Source: Octopus sinensis (lineage: Eukaryota). From it: a stretch of 64,000 nt of DNA. The DNA lies in contig NC_043004.1 in NCBI RefSeq assembly GCF_006345805.1, positions 18,414,001-18,478,000 of the forward strand. Reading direction: 5' to 3'. The notes beneath the pieces were generated by a model. It saw nothing but the letters and a program-made list of their open reading frames with translations, was not told where the DNA came from and ran no database searches. This document shows positions 1-12,535 of this stretch, in pieces; position 1 is the stretch's first letter, and every line of letters starts with the position of its first letter. The translations under genes and the position numbers were made by a program.

Positions 1-73
1 CCCAGTTGAACCGTCCAACCCATGCTAGCATGGAAAGCGGACGTTAAACGATGATGATGATGATGATGATGAT
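1..73 (+). mobile_element. 3' tail of an RTE-related retroposon with (GAT)n tail
   Basis: catgctagcatggaaagcggacgttaaacg(atg)n, the same terminus as at 12470-12525 and, inverted, at 4452. Confidence 0.75.
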
Positions 74-99
74 ATATATAAAACATTTTTTTTTCATTA

Positions 100-835
100 T
101 GAAATAAAAAAACCAGGGCTGAGTAGATTTTAGAACATTTATAGATAGAAGGTCTTACAGCTGTTTCCAGGATATTTATTATATCCCTTCATTGGAGATG
201 GTGTGAGAGAATAGTTAAGTAATAGTTAATTTAGATATGATACAAAATAGAGAGTGAGGTGGAGGAAAGGAAATAGATGTGAGATATGTAGGGGTATTGA
301 ATTTGTAGATCCATTTTTTAGGCAGAATAGTATACATGTAAGATTCAAATACTTTATGAGTAAAATCCAACAGTATTTAAAATTGGTCATTCCAAGTATC
401 GAACTGTAGATGAACTGTAGACAAGAACTTCACTGCAGGCTAGCTAGTGTACCGGTCAGCAGAAAAATGTACTTCCTGATTGCCAGACAACACGACAGGG
501 TTTCCACCAATAGATTGAAACTGGCCCATCTCCATATTGACAGCCCTATTCAAGTGGCTCAAACACCAAACAAAGGCTGACCTAGGCAAATCACACTAGC
601 CCCAGACTACAAACAGTCGCCAAAGTGCTGAGTAACCACACATACAGGCAGGGTGGTTAAAACACCCTCCCAGTTCCAATGACAGTCAACAGTTTTGGCA
701 GGGAGCTATATGTAGGACACTGCCCAAGGACAGTAGATGAATTGTGGGCTAGCTGGTGTGTTGGTCAGCAAAGAAAGGGGTTTCCAGTTAGGCAGGGAAA
801 GGAAATGGAGATGTTGGATGGTTGAAGGTATCTGC
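100..835 (-). mobile_element. Possible decayed Penelope-like element 3' part
   Basis: End-like motif (cagctgtttc...atcccttca) and a degenerate IYC-like segment on the minus strand. Weak. Confidence 0.35.
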
Positions 836-928
836 CTAACCCTCACAATATAAACACACCAACACATTCTTGTTAGTTGTTGTTTTTTATGTTTAGCTTA
901 ACAAAGTTGTGCATTACGAATGTATCAA

Positions 929-1809
929 TACAAGATCTGATCAATAAATAGCTAGACTGTTGCCATAGTAACGAAGCTAAAGCACCCATTGACCTTGAAC
1001 TCTGCTGTGCACGTGCACTAACTTTTAAGATTCTAGCTCACTTCTGCTGTTTATAGCAGTGCTTGGAAGGAACATGTGTAACATGTGATCATCGCATTGT
1101 CCATGACAGAGAATGTTATCATGGTGATACATGCTCAGAGGCCTATGCAAAGTTGCAGAAATTATGGTGAGGAGTGTATGAGCCACATGCAAGTGTATGA
1201 GTGGTTCAGACGTTTCCAAGATGGCCAGAAAATGTTGATATCAATGAATGTTTTGGGAGACCCACAACCAGCAGAACAGAGAGAAATATCACAGATGTAC
1301 ATGCAGCTGTGAGGGGAAATCATTCAATCCTCATCCATAAGTTATCAAAGGATGTGAAGATTAGTTATGGTTCAGTTCAATTCAGTTCATTATCACTGAG
1401 ACTTGAGTATGAGACACATGTCTACCAAGTTTGTGCCAAAACTGCTTTCAGCTGACCAAAAAGACACCCGGGTTCCGGTTGCACAAGATCTTTATTTTGT
1501 GTCAAGAGCAATGAGAAAAAAATTTTTGAAAACTTTCCATAGGCCTCTGAGCAGGTATCACCAAGCTTTTGGCAAAATTTGATAGACATTCTCTGCCTAA
1601 CTTTCCCTGTGATGGGCAATGTGATAATCACATGCTACACACCTTCCTTCCAAGCACTGCTGTAAACAGCAGAAGTGAGCTAGAACTATAAAACTTAGTG
1701 CACATGCACAACAGAGTTCAAGGTCAATCTGTGCCAAGCAGCGTTACTCTCTGTGCTTTAGTTTCATTACTATAACAACAGTCCGGATACTTTTTGATCA
1801 TACCAAGTA
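929..1809. mobile_element. Mariner derivative with the 5' end present at both termini (inverted)
   Basis: TA-flanked TIR-like ends. Plus strand encodes HTH remnants (VYEWFRRFQDG, GRPTTS). Minus strand encodes QRMSIKFCQKLG. Arms of about 230-285 bp are inverted copies. Confidence 0.8.
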
Positions 1810-1859
1810 TATGTTTGCATGAGTGTAAGGACTTGAATATATACACATATGTATATTCG

Positions 1860-2082
1860 AGCCATGTAAAAAACACTGGTACTGCTGCCACATAAAAATT
1901 ACTGGTAATGGTGCTATGTAAAAAGCATCCATTACACTCTGTAAAGTGATTGGCATTAGGAAGGGCCTCCAGCTGTAGAAACTATGCCAAACCAGACAAT
2001 GAAACCTGATGTGGTTCTCCACTTTGCCAGCTCCTGTCAAACCATCCAATTCCATGCTGGCCATTAAATGATGATGATGATG
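1860..2082 (+). mobile_element. RTE-related retroposon 3' fragment
   Basis: ggcattaggaagggc.tccagctgtagaaac core and (gat)n tail. Confidence 0.7.
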
Positions 2083-2084
2083 AT

Positions 2085-2305
2085 TATGTCCCTCCCATCA
2101 TCGCTTGACAACTGATGCTGGTGTGTTTACGTCCTCGTAACTTGGTGGTTTGGCTAAAAGAGAACCAATAGAATAAGTACGAGGCTTACAAAGAATAACC
2201 CCTGGGGTCGATTTGCTCAACTAAAGGCGGTGCTCCAGCAAGGCTGCAGTCAAATGACTGAAACAAAAAAAAATGAATAAAAGTATAAAAGAATAAAAGA
2301 ATACT
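2085..2305 (+). mobile_element. SINE family A, 3' half
   Basis: catcgcttgacaac...gcagtcaaatgactgaaac plus taaaag tail, shared with the full copy at 19021. Confidence 0.8.
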
Positions 2306-2494
2306 TTTAGTCATATTTTTAGTTTAGGTGTGATGTTGAATTTTGAAAAGAATTTAAGTGTACCATAAGTGAAAAACGGTTGTGGAGCACTGCTGTATGC
2401 TTGAGAACCAATTGATAAGGATGTTACAGTTGTAATGTAGTGAACCAGCCTGTAGAGGCAGCAAGTACAACACCAACTCAACAATCCCTGATTC

Positions 2495-2786
2495 TACTTA
2501 ATTGGTACTCCGTCAGTTACAACAATGTGTGTCCCAGCTGATTCAATCAGTAGAGCAGTCTGCTTGTGGAATTAATGTGCAAAAGGCTGAGTACTCCACA
2601 GACACGCATATTTTTAATGTGCTTCTCAGGGAGATTTAGTGTGACAGAATGTGACAAGGATGAGTTGACTGGAGCAACATGAAATAAAGTGTCTTGTTCA
2701 AGGGCACAACACGGCAACAGGAATTGAACTCACGACCTTACAATTCTGAGCTGAATACCCAAACCACTAAGCTATGTACCTCCACC
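2495..2786 (-). mobile_element. tRNA-derived SINE family B (decayed)
   Basis: Reverse complement of the family at 34660 (A/B boxes, aagtgtcttg.tcaagggcacaac). Confidence 0.7.
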
Positions 2787-2929
2787 TTGATTCTACAGCA
2801 AGATATCAAGTGATATCCCCAGCCACTACCAGAAACAAAGGTCTACCACTGTGCATGAATTCACCTCTTCTGTCTCACTTCCACCCTCTTTCACAAACTT
2901 CACTATAACTACACCCTAAACCTTCACCA

Positions 2930-3160
2930 TCTACTTCGTCCTCAAAATTCTCAGACAATTCCAGCCCTCCTGTCGTCTCAAGCTGCATCTGTCTTGCTGA
3001 ACTTCTCTCTGTGTACCTTGACAAAATATTACCACCTCTCGTAGCATCCTTAGTGTCAAACATTAAAGATACCAACCATGCTGTTGACCTCTTCATTTCA
3101 TTCTTTTCTCTGCCTGGACAGTCCAAACACTTTTGCACCTTGGATATTAAATCTCTACAT
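2930..3160 (+). mobile_element. Penelope-like RT fragment
   Basis: YLDKILPPLVASLVSNIKDTNH...FCTLDIKSL is typical of the PLE RT N-terminal region. Confidence 0.8.
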
Positions 3161-3544
3161 GGACATCTCCAAAAGAGTCGGAGAATTTCTATGGCTTCGT
3201 TAGCCTCAATTTTTGGCCTTCTAATTCCACTGATCATAATCCCATGGATTACTGTGTTGGGTGTGGCTGAGAAAGGCACCAACTGCTCTTCCTGCAACAT
3301 CAAGGTAGTGGCAATTATTGAGGAGGCATCCAAAGATCTTCCCAGGGATACAATGAGAAATGCACCAGGTTCCAGAGACATTTTGAGGCCTTGGTAGAAG
3401 CTGATGACAACTGTTTTGAGTAAATTGTTATCAGCCAACCAAAATCTAGTTGATATCTCTTTATTTCTTATAATACTTTTACTTTTAAATGGGATGTTGT
3501 ATTTTCTTTTCCACTTAATCAGTCAAGTTTAACCTGAACACTGT

Positions 3545-3545
<1 letters not shown>
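3161..3545 (+). mobile_element. Tc1/mariner transposase C-terminus and right TIR
   Basis: Frameshifted WPSNSTDHNPMDY / VLGVAEKGTN...DLPRDTMRN / RFQRHFEALVEAD (WPPxSPDLNPxD motif). Ends ...cactg followed by TA. Confidence 0.75.
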
Positions 3546-3575
<30 letters not shown>

Positions 3576-4451
3576 CGAAGTGTGTGTTCATAATGTATTT
3601 GAACATGCATACACACCACAAATAACAAAAAAGTATAAAAAGCTAAGACATCAAGATAAGATAGTTCAAAGTGTCATCACAGGTACATTGTATGACATAA
3701 TTTAAGCTCTTTAGCTATCTGATAACATATTTCAACAAACACAATAGAAGTGATAGGTAATGGCTCTCAACACTTCTGATCTGAACTGATTGAAAGTGCT
3801 ATCATGTACATGTTTCGTCTCGGTGTAAAAGATGAGCGACAGCAAATATTCTGCTCAGAACCACAGATTTGCTTGTTAGTTGTTTGACCATAACCAGTTG
3901 GGCATGTCCCTTGGTGGCCGATAATATGTGGATATCTGATCATGAGTAGAAATAGTTGTGTGGCAAAGGAGATGCTGGTTAATGTAGGGTACCTATTTGA
4001 ATGAATGTGTGTCAGAAGACTAGTAACATTTAAATATATGTTTGCATAAAAAGCACAATAGAATACCAGGAGACAATATTCCCTCTTGGTTAACAAACCT
4101 GAGAATTTATTCTGGTGCAATCAAGATATTACCGGAGCTTTGCAGGTAAGCTTTCCCGATAATCGGGAAGGAATCAAATGTTCATTTATTAGTAATTGTT
4201 CAATCCGTGTATCGTAGATATCAGCCTTCCCGTCAATTGTATATTCCCATGAGTTAGAAAAAAAAATCAGTGCATAAAGGTAGAAGTCCCTCCGTTGATG
4301 AGTGCTAATTTCTGATCAAACTCCTGCTGGGCCAAAGCTCATCTAATCTGCTTACCATGTCCACTCTACTCGACTACTGGCCTTTCTTTTTAAAACACAT
4401 GCTTCACTGCCCAGGCCATGTGTATCTTTCTGTGGCCAGCAGTGATTGGTT

Positions 4452-5260
4452 ATCATCATCATCATCATTATTGTTTAACGTCCACTTTCCATGCTAGCAT
4501 GGGTTGGCTGATTTGACTAAGGTCTGGCAAACCAGATGGCAGCACCAGGCTCCAATCTGATCTGGCAGAGTTTCTACAGCTGGATGCCCTTCCTAGTGTC
4601 AACCATTCTGAGAGTGTAGTGGGTGCTTTTATGTGCCACTGGCACGAGGGCCAGTCAGGCGGTACTGGCAATGGCCATGCTCAAATTGTGCTTTTTATGT
4701 GCCACCTGCACAGGAGCCAGTCCAGTGGCACTGGCAATGACCTCACTCGAATGTTTTTTCACCAGCCACCAGTACAAGTGCCAGTAAGATGACACAGGTA
4801 ACGATCACACTCGAATGGTGGTTTTTACGTGCCACTGGCACAGAGGCCAGCTTGTTGCTCTAGCAACGATCATGCTCGTATGGTACTTTTAGCGCTCCAC
4901 TAGCATGGATGCCAATCATAGAATTTGATTTTGATTTCGATTTCACTTGCCTCAACAGGTCTTTGCAAGCAGAGTTTAGTGTCCAATGAAGGAAAGGTAC
5001 ACATAAGTGGACTGGTTACACCCCTAGCATAGGCCACAAGGTTATGGTCTCACTTGAGCTTGCTGAGTCTTCTCAAGCATGGCATATTTCCAAAGGTCCT
5101 GGTCACTAGTTATTGCCTTGGTGAGGCCCAGTGTTTGAAGGTCATGCTTCACCACCTCATCCCAGGTCTTCCTGGGTCTACCTCTTTCGCAGGTTCTCTC
5201 AACCGCTAGGGTGTGGTACTTTTTCACACAGCTATCCACATCCATTCTCGCCACAGACAA
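4452..5260 (-). mobile_element. RTE LINE 3' end
   Basis: ORF with RGRPRKTWDEVVKHDL followed by the repetitive 3' UTR and (gat)n tail. Confidence 0.85.
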
Positions 5261-5269
5261 AACGACTAA

Positions 5270-5985
5270 ATTAAGCTACCATCACAAAGTAGTGCTAATA
5301 TGACTTGCTACAGTTGGGGAGCATCACAGCTATGTGTCGAGAGGAATTCTTTAAGGTTTGAATAATTCACCCCGGGAAAAATGGGTATTTTCTTCTTCAT
5401 GCTTAAACAGCCCCTATTCAGGGACCTTTTGAGCAGGATGGACTACTTGACTTGGAGCAAAATTCTTACTGCCTTCCCCTCCCCTGTAAGGTCATGCACT
5501 GTTTATCTTTACATGAGATCACCATGTTGCTCAGATATGGATGTGATGCAATGTGTCTGATGTAACCTTATCAGATGGGTAGTCATGATGCATATATTGG
5601 GTTTTGGAGAGCTGAAGAGAGTGTGTAATAATAAGACAGCAATTATTCCTGTCATAACTGGTGCACTTGGCACAACATCCAAACTGTTACCGAGGAGACT
5701 GAATGATACTGGAACTGAGACTTGTGTTGTTGACCTGCAGAAAATTCCCATTCCATATTCAGCAGGAATTCTAAGAATGTCATTTTGAGGTGTAATGACA
5801 AGTCTTCTAATTAAATTAAATCTTCTTGAAGATTGATGATGATAACTGCTCTATTGGGAACAGCAAAGATTTTGAAATTGGTACTTGTATATTAAGTATG
5901 TAGGAAGAGACTTTGTGAGACTTTCAACAACAGGTTGCTGTCCGTTCTTACGGAATTAACTGGTGCAAGTAAAATGGAAATAATA
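5270..5985 (+). mobile_element. TAA-tailed retroposon plus an older R4/Dong RLE C-terminal fragment
   Basis: IIPVITGALG...DLQK...GILR at 5630-5788. 5270-5630 is the reverse complement of the repeat at 39880-40410. Confidence 0.7.
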
Positions 5986-5996
5986 ATAATAATAAC

Positions 5997-6025
<29 letters not shown>

Positions 6026-6027
<2 letters not shown>

Positions 6028-7856
6028 TCTGCATAGTCCTAATAGCCCTTACAAGTGAATTAAACAGAACAGGGTATGGGTATAAAATTGCCAATAAAAA
6101 AATAAGCCATCTATTTTATATGGATGACTTAAAACTCTATGGTAAAGACGATAATGAACTTGAAGGCCTATTGAGCACTGTGAAAGCATTCAGCAATGAC
6201 ATTGGGATGGAGTTTGGGCTTGAGAAGTGTGCCAAGGCCACTTTCCAGAAAGGGAAAGTGAAAACCACAAATTCAGTCGTGTTAGATGTTGACACAGTCA
6301 TAAGAGAGCTTGAGCAAGGACAAACATACAAATATTTAGGGATAAATGAAGGCTCTGGTATTCAGCATGCACGCATGAAAGAGAAGATCAGGAAGGAATG
6401 TTATAGGAGAGTTCGTGCAGTCCTGAAATCTGAACTAAATGCACGTAACAAGGTGTTAGCTATAAATTCCTTAGCAGTTCCAGTTGTTACTTATAGCTAC
6501 AATGTGTTGAACTGGAATATGAGTGAAGTAAAGAATATAGATAGGAAAATACGCAAGCTGCTGAGTTGTAATAGGATGCACCACCCAAAGGCAGACGTAG
6601 ATCGCCTTTACCTTCCCAGAGCCTAAGGAGATCGAGGCCTGATCTAATTTGAACTAGCTTACAAAACAACCACAATTGGACTGGCCACATATCTTGAAAT
6701 AACGAATGACTGGATGCTAAAGCTCGTGGAAAATCACGAGAGACGAAAGAAGCTTCATTCTATCATAAAGGAAAGCAAAAAATTTGCTATTGATCTCGTG
6801 CAGGATACCCAAACTGAACAACCCGAGGGAAGTATGGCAACTATTGTTGCAAAGAAGGTGAAAATAATGGCAACGAAAAAAGCGCACGAGCAATTGGCTG
6901 ATAGGTGGGAGGAGAAACCTCTGCACGGCAAATATGTGGCCCGTAGCAAACAAGCTGATGTTGACCAGAAGCAAACCCATCAGTGGCTACGAAGCTCAGG
7001 GCTAAAAGCAGAGATCGAGGGTTTCATCCTGGCTGCTCAAGATCAAAGCCTATTAACCCGGAACTACCAGGCCAATGTGATGAAAAATGGAGCAGACCCA
7101 AAATGCCGATTCTGCAACGACATGATTGAAACAGTGGACCACCTAATCTCTGGATGTAAAGTCTTAGCACCAGTGGAGTATAAATTAAGACATGACAGAG
7201 TTGGCCAATATCTACACTGGCTAATAAGTTGGCATTACAATATCAAAACTGCTGACAAGTGGTATAATCACCACCCTGAAGCTGTAACTGAAGGAGAAAA
7301 TGTAATGATTCTGTGGGACTTTCCAGTACATACAGACCGAACCATCAAAGCCAATAAACCGGATATTGTTGTGAAAGACCAAAACAATAAAGTTTGCTTA
7401 TTGATCGACATGAGCATCCCCTATGATCATAATATCTTGGCGAAAGAGTTTGACAAGCTCAGAAAATATAAAGACCTGCTCACTGAAATTGAGAAAATGT
7501 GGCATCTCAAGGTGGTTACAATACCAGTGATCATAGGAGCACTAGGAATGATCAAGAAGGGAACCAAAAATTATATGAGAATGATCCCTGGCTTACCATC
7601 CCTGCAAGAAGTGCAAAAGATTGTCTTAACTGGTACATCACATGTATTGAGAAGAGCATTGTCGATGTGAGAACTATTACTACCCATGTATTTTAATTTA
7701 ACTTTAAAAAAAAAAATGAACAAACTAGTGAGTTTAGTTTAATGGCCTACCAATGTATACTATGAGTTTCTTTGCCCTAGGAGTCGGGAAGACACTCGGC
7801 AAGAAATGGAAGCAAATTTGAAAGAAGAGGAAAAAAAAAAAAATAATAATAATAAT
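6026..7856 (+). mobile_element. 5'-truncated R4/Dong-clade non-LTR retrotransposon (RT, CCHC, restriction-like endonuclease)
   Basis: YMDDLK, HPKADVDRLYLPR, CRFC..ETVDHLISGC, KPDIVVKD..LIDMSIP and VIIGALG in one frame with two TAA stops. Flanked by (TAA)n. Confidence 0.93.
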
Positions 7857-7886
7857 GACAACAACAACAACAATAATAATAATATA

Positions 7887-8840
7887 ACCAACAACTACAG
7901 GGCTTACTAGCAATTGTTAAACAATTCAGTGATGACATCAGGATGCAATTTGGCCTCAGTAAATATGCAAAAGCTACCTTTAACAAAGGGAAAATGACAG
8001 AAATATCTAACGTTAACCTTGACCAGTAGAATGTCATAAAGAAGTTAGAACCAGTGGAGAGCTACAAATACCTAGGTGGTGGGGACGGAATCAAACATTC
8101 AGTGATGAGGGAAAGGATCAGAAGAAAATGTTATCCCAGGATAAGGGCAATACTCAAGACAGTTAAATGTAAGAAACAGGATCGAAGCAATCAATACTTT
8201 AGCCATACCAGTCGTGACTTACAGTTTCAATATCATTAACTGGTCAGTTACTGAAATATGTAATCTTGATAGAAAAATATGAAAATTGTTGACAATGCAT
8301 AGAATGCACTACCCTAAGGCAGATATAGAACGACTTTATCTACCAAGAAAAGAGGGTGGCCGTGGACTTTTACAACTGGAATTAACAATGAAGATTGCTA
8401 CAATTGGCCTAGATACCTACCTGAAAAATTCTGATGACTGGATGTTAAAACTTGTCTCAAAGTAACAACTGGAACTGCTAAGGAATTTATAGCTAACACC
8501 TTGTTACGTGCATTTAGTTCAGATTTCAGGACTGCACGAACTCTCCTATAACATTCCTTCCTGATCTTCTCTTTCATGCGTGCATGCTGAATACCAGAGC
8601 CTTCATTTATCCCTAAAACAGCCAAAGGAATATCTAAGTGAATTCCAAATACAACAAATTCCAGAATTAGACATACTAGAAACAAGTACAGAAAAAGCTA
8701 AGCATATGAAAACCTGTGCTAAAACTGCTGCCTTAGATATTCTGAGTGATAAATGGCAAGAAAAACCTCTCAATGGCAAATACTCAAAGAGAGCAAATAG
8801 TGCCAATGTTGACTAATCCCTTACCCATCAAAGGTTAGTG
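7887..8840 (+). mobile_element. Second, more decayed R4/Dong fragment
   Basis: FSDDIRMQFGL, SYKYLG, H.KADIERLYLPRKEGGRGL and WQEKPLNG remnants with frameshifts. Confidence 0.85.
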
Positions 8841-9088
8841 GCTTCTTCATTCCAAATGATCTTGACATTCTTTTTACTTTACATAAAGTATTCTTTACAT
8901 TATGCTGTTGTTTTATTGCCGTCTATTTACAAGTATCATAAATTTTATAGGTAAAGCATTTTTCTGGAAACAAATTATGATTTATAACATTGCTACTATG
9001 GAAAATTATTGCTCAACCCTATGAGTTTTCACTGTGGGAATAAATTAAGTTGTATACCGAGGCATTACAGTATGTGTATGTATATATA

Positions 9089-10283
9089 TTAGGTTGTCAA
9101 GTATGAAATTTGTAGACAAGATAAAAAGTTCGCTAATGTTTTATAAATACACAGAATAGTTTTATTCATCAAAGTATGCACCCATATTGTAAATACACTT
9201 TTGCCATTTCAGCAGTAGCTTGTCCAGCCTGGAACTGTAAAAGCCTGGCAACCTAGAGTCAATAAAATCTTGGAAGTGGGCAAGATCAGGTGAATATGTT
9301 GGATGATGGAGAACTTCCAACTCCTACTCCTGTAGTTTTGCCAATGTCATTTTTGCGATGTGTGGTCTTGCATTGCCTTGCAATAAAATAGGAGTGGATC
9401 TGTTAACTAATCTAGGCTGTTTTTTGGTAAGTTTCTGCATCATCTGGTCAAGTTGGCTGCAGTATACTTTGGCTATAAATTGATGAGCCAAGTTTAATGA
9501 AATCGTAATAGATCACACCTGAGCCAGACCAGCAAACACACACCATCAGCTTCTTCTTATGAATTTTGCTTTTTGGACTGTGTTTTGGTGGCTCGTCTTT
9601 GTCCAACCATTGTGCTGAACATTTATGGTTATTGTATTGGACCCATTACTCATCACATGTTACAATTCGATTAAAAAACGATTAATTTTTGAGACAAGAA
9701 AGTAGGATAATGCATGCTTCCAAATGTTGCTGTTTCTGATTTTCATTGTGTTCACGTGGAACCCACTTATCCAAATTTTTCCCTTTACCAATTTGAACTA
9801 GGTGAGTCAATATTGTTTGCTTGCTAACACCAAACAACAACAATAATTCACAGGCAGTTTGAGTTGCATCTGACTTGATGTTGGCTTTCAGTTCATCATT
9901 ATCTACCTTTGTTTCTAGTCCCGCATTGCTCATTTGTGAGGTCAAAGTTACCAGAATGAAATTTTGCAAACCAATTTGATACTGTCTACAGTGTAATAAC
10001 AGTAGAATAAAATACTCCATTAATATTCTGAGCTGTCGGTGATACAGTATTTCCAAGAAAGAACTCATATTTCAAAACTATGAATTTCTTACTTATCCAT
10101 CTCTAAACAAAAATAGCAAAAAACGATTTATAAATACATTATAAAGTGCAAAATGGGTTAGAATAAAGAAATAGATGTGTCAGCTTTCTAACAAAAAATA
10201 AAAATTGTCAAAATATAAGAATGGCCCAAAATGAGTAGCTGTCAAATTTTACCATATACCTTACTACAAATTTCATACTTGAC
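9089..10283 (-). mobile_element. Near full-length decayed mariner
   Basis: TIR gtcaagtatgaaatttgtag at both ends. VDNDELKA, LDKWVP and YSPDL remnants. Confidence 0.9.
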
Positions 10284-10602
10284 TGGCTCATCATTCATGT
10301 AAAAAGCACCGTTCAAGTGTGGTCGGTGTCAGTACTCCCTGACTGGCCCTCATTTTTTTTTTACTATTGTTTACTAGTCACTATGAAAAGTTAGAATGTT
10401 AGAAATAGGTGTCAAACTGTAAAGGAAGGATTTAAGATTTAAGAATTAAGAGTTAAGTAAAAGTTGATATAAGACATGCGGTATAAAAGTAATGTAAACA
10501 GCTAGAAGAATAAGGAAGAAGAAAAATAAAGTAAAGATAAAAATAGATAGGAATAGATAAAAAATGAAAAATTAAAAGAAATGAATAAATAATTAAAAAG
10601 TA

Positions 10603-11012
10603 TACTCTTTTACTCTTTTGCTTGTTTCAGTCATTTGACTGTGGCCATGCTGGAGCACTGCCTTTTAGTCGAACAAATTGACCCCAGGACTTATTCTTTC
10701 TAAGCCTAGTACTTATTCTATCAGTCTCTTTCACCGAACCACTAAGGTACAGGGATGTAAACACACCAGCATCGGTTGTCAAGCGATGTTGGGGGGACAA
10801 ACACAGACACACAAACACACACACACACATATATATATATATACATACATATATACGACGGGCTTCTTTCAGTTTCCGTCCACCAAATCCACTCACAAGG
10901 CATTGGCCGGCCCAAGGCCATAGTAGAAGACACTTGCCCAAGGTGGCACGCAGTGGGACTGAACCTGGAACCATGTGGTTGGTAAGCAAGCTTCTAACCA
11001 CAGCCACTCCTA
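10603..11012 (-). mobile_element. SINE family A, full length
   Basis: tRNA-like head, internal (TA)/(TG) microsatellite and (taaaagag)n tail. Confidence 0.9.
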
Positions 11013-12054
11013 GGTGAGGATAAATAAATAATTACAGTTAAAAATCAAAATGAGGTTAACACTTAAAATTAAGATTAAAGTTAAATTTAGATTGTTACAC
11101 AACACCAGTCACAATGTGCTTTGAATTGTTTTAGCCTTTGAATGACACCACTAGATAGCTAGGTGAGTAGGCCAACTTTTCCCACTGACTGACATGGGGA
11201 CTGTAGCAATGTGAAATGAAGTGTTTTGCTCAAGAACACAATGCTTGGGAATCAAACCTATGCTCAAGTGATTGTGAATGCAACAGCTTAACCACTAGGT
11301 CACACATCTTCCCTCAGAAAACATAAAGATGGAATTAGATATAAATATTTAAATACATACACTATACAAATTATCGTTCCTGTTGATAGTGAGTGACTGG
11401 GACAAAATTGTTTACTCTGCAGTTGAAAAAACTGAAAATAAGAGTTACAAAATTTGTGGGATTTATATAAAACAAAATAAAAAAAAAGAACAAAGAAAAA
11501 CTAATTATATAAAAATAAAAACAAACAAAAAGAATAATGCTAAGGTGAGATAATTGGTGATTGTTATTATTCGAGACAGGAATGGTATTTGCACTTGGGA
11601 GACAGGTAAATTTATATAAACTCATAAGTTAAAATAGTGAGATAAAATATGTCTAATGTTGGTTGTGTTCATGAATTAAAATATTTACAAACACCAAAAT
11701 TGTGTATGTGTTTATATTCAGGCATGGTTTGTATTTTTCAATAAATATATTTTCTTTATTTATCTGTTCTTGTATAGAAATTGTTTCCTTGTATTGGTAG
11801 ATGGTTGGAGATTCTCTGCACATCTACCAAAGTGTTCACTCAAAGGTGTCTGTCTATGCCATGGGAAATAGATCTGTTGCTTATGCAGTGTAGCTCTCCA
11901 TCTGTGATGTCATTGTTTGGTCTATATAATTGTGTCCACAGTATGGTTGAGTTATCATATAAATTAAATTTTGAGATGCACAAGTCAAATTGGTCTTAAA
12001 TATGAATCTTTGTCCTTGTTTGAAATGGAATATGAGTGTGATCATTGACAGAGT

Positions 12055-12525
12055 GGCTAACCGGCTTCCGTGCCAGTGCCACTTAAAAGGCACCATTCGA
12101 GCATGATCGTTACCAGTGTCGCCTTACTGGCACTCGAGCCCCATGCTAGTAGAGTATTAAGAGCACCATCCAAGCGTGATCATCGCCAGAGCAGCTATCT
12201 GGCCTCCATGCAGTTGACCCGTAAAAGACACCATTCGAGCGTGATCGTTACCAGCATCACCTTACTGGCACCTGTGCCAGTGGCATGTGTAAAAGATTTG
12301 AGCGAGGTCATTGCCAGTACCGCCTGACTGGCCCCATACCGGTGGCACGTAAAAGCATCTGCTACACCCTCGGAATGGTTGGCGTTAGGAAGGGCATCCA
12401 GCTGTAGAAACTCTGCCAGATCAGGATTGAAACCTGGTGCAGCCATCTGGTTTGCCAGCCTTCAGTCAATCGTCCAACCCATGCTAGCATGGAAAGCGAA
12501 CGTTAAACGAGGATGATGATGATGA
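12055..12525 (+). mobile_element. RTE-related retroposon 3' region
   Basis: Tandem gccagt/actggc subrepeats and the (gat)n terminus. Confidence 0.8.
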
Positions 12526-12535
12526 TATATATATA

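Noticed and set aside
12055-12360. Short regularly recurring repeats (gccagt/actggc units) superficially like a CRISPR array
   Set aside because: Eukaryotic retroposon 3' UTR subrepeats with no constant repeat or unique spacers.
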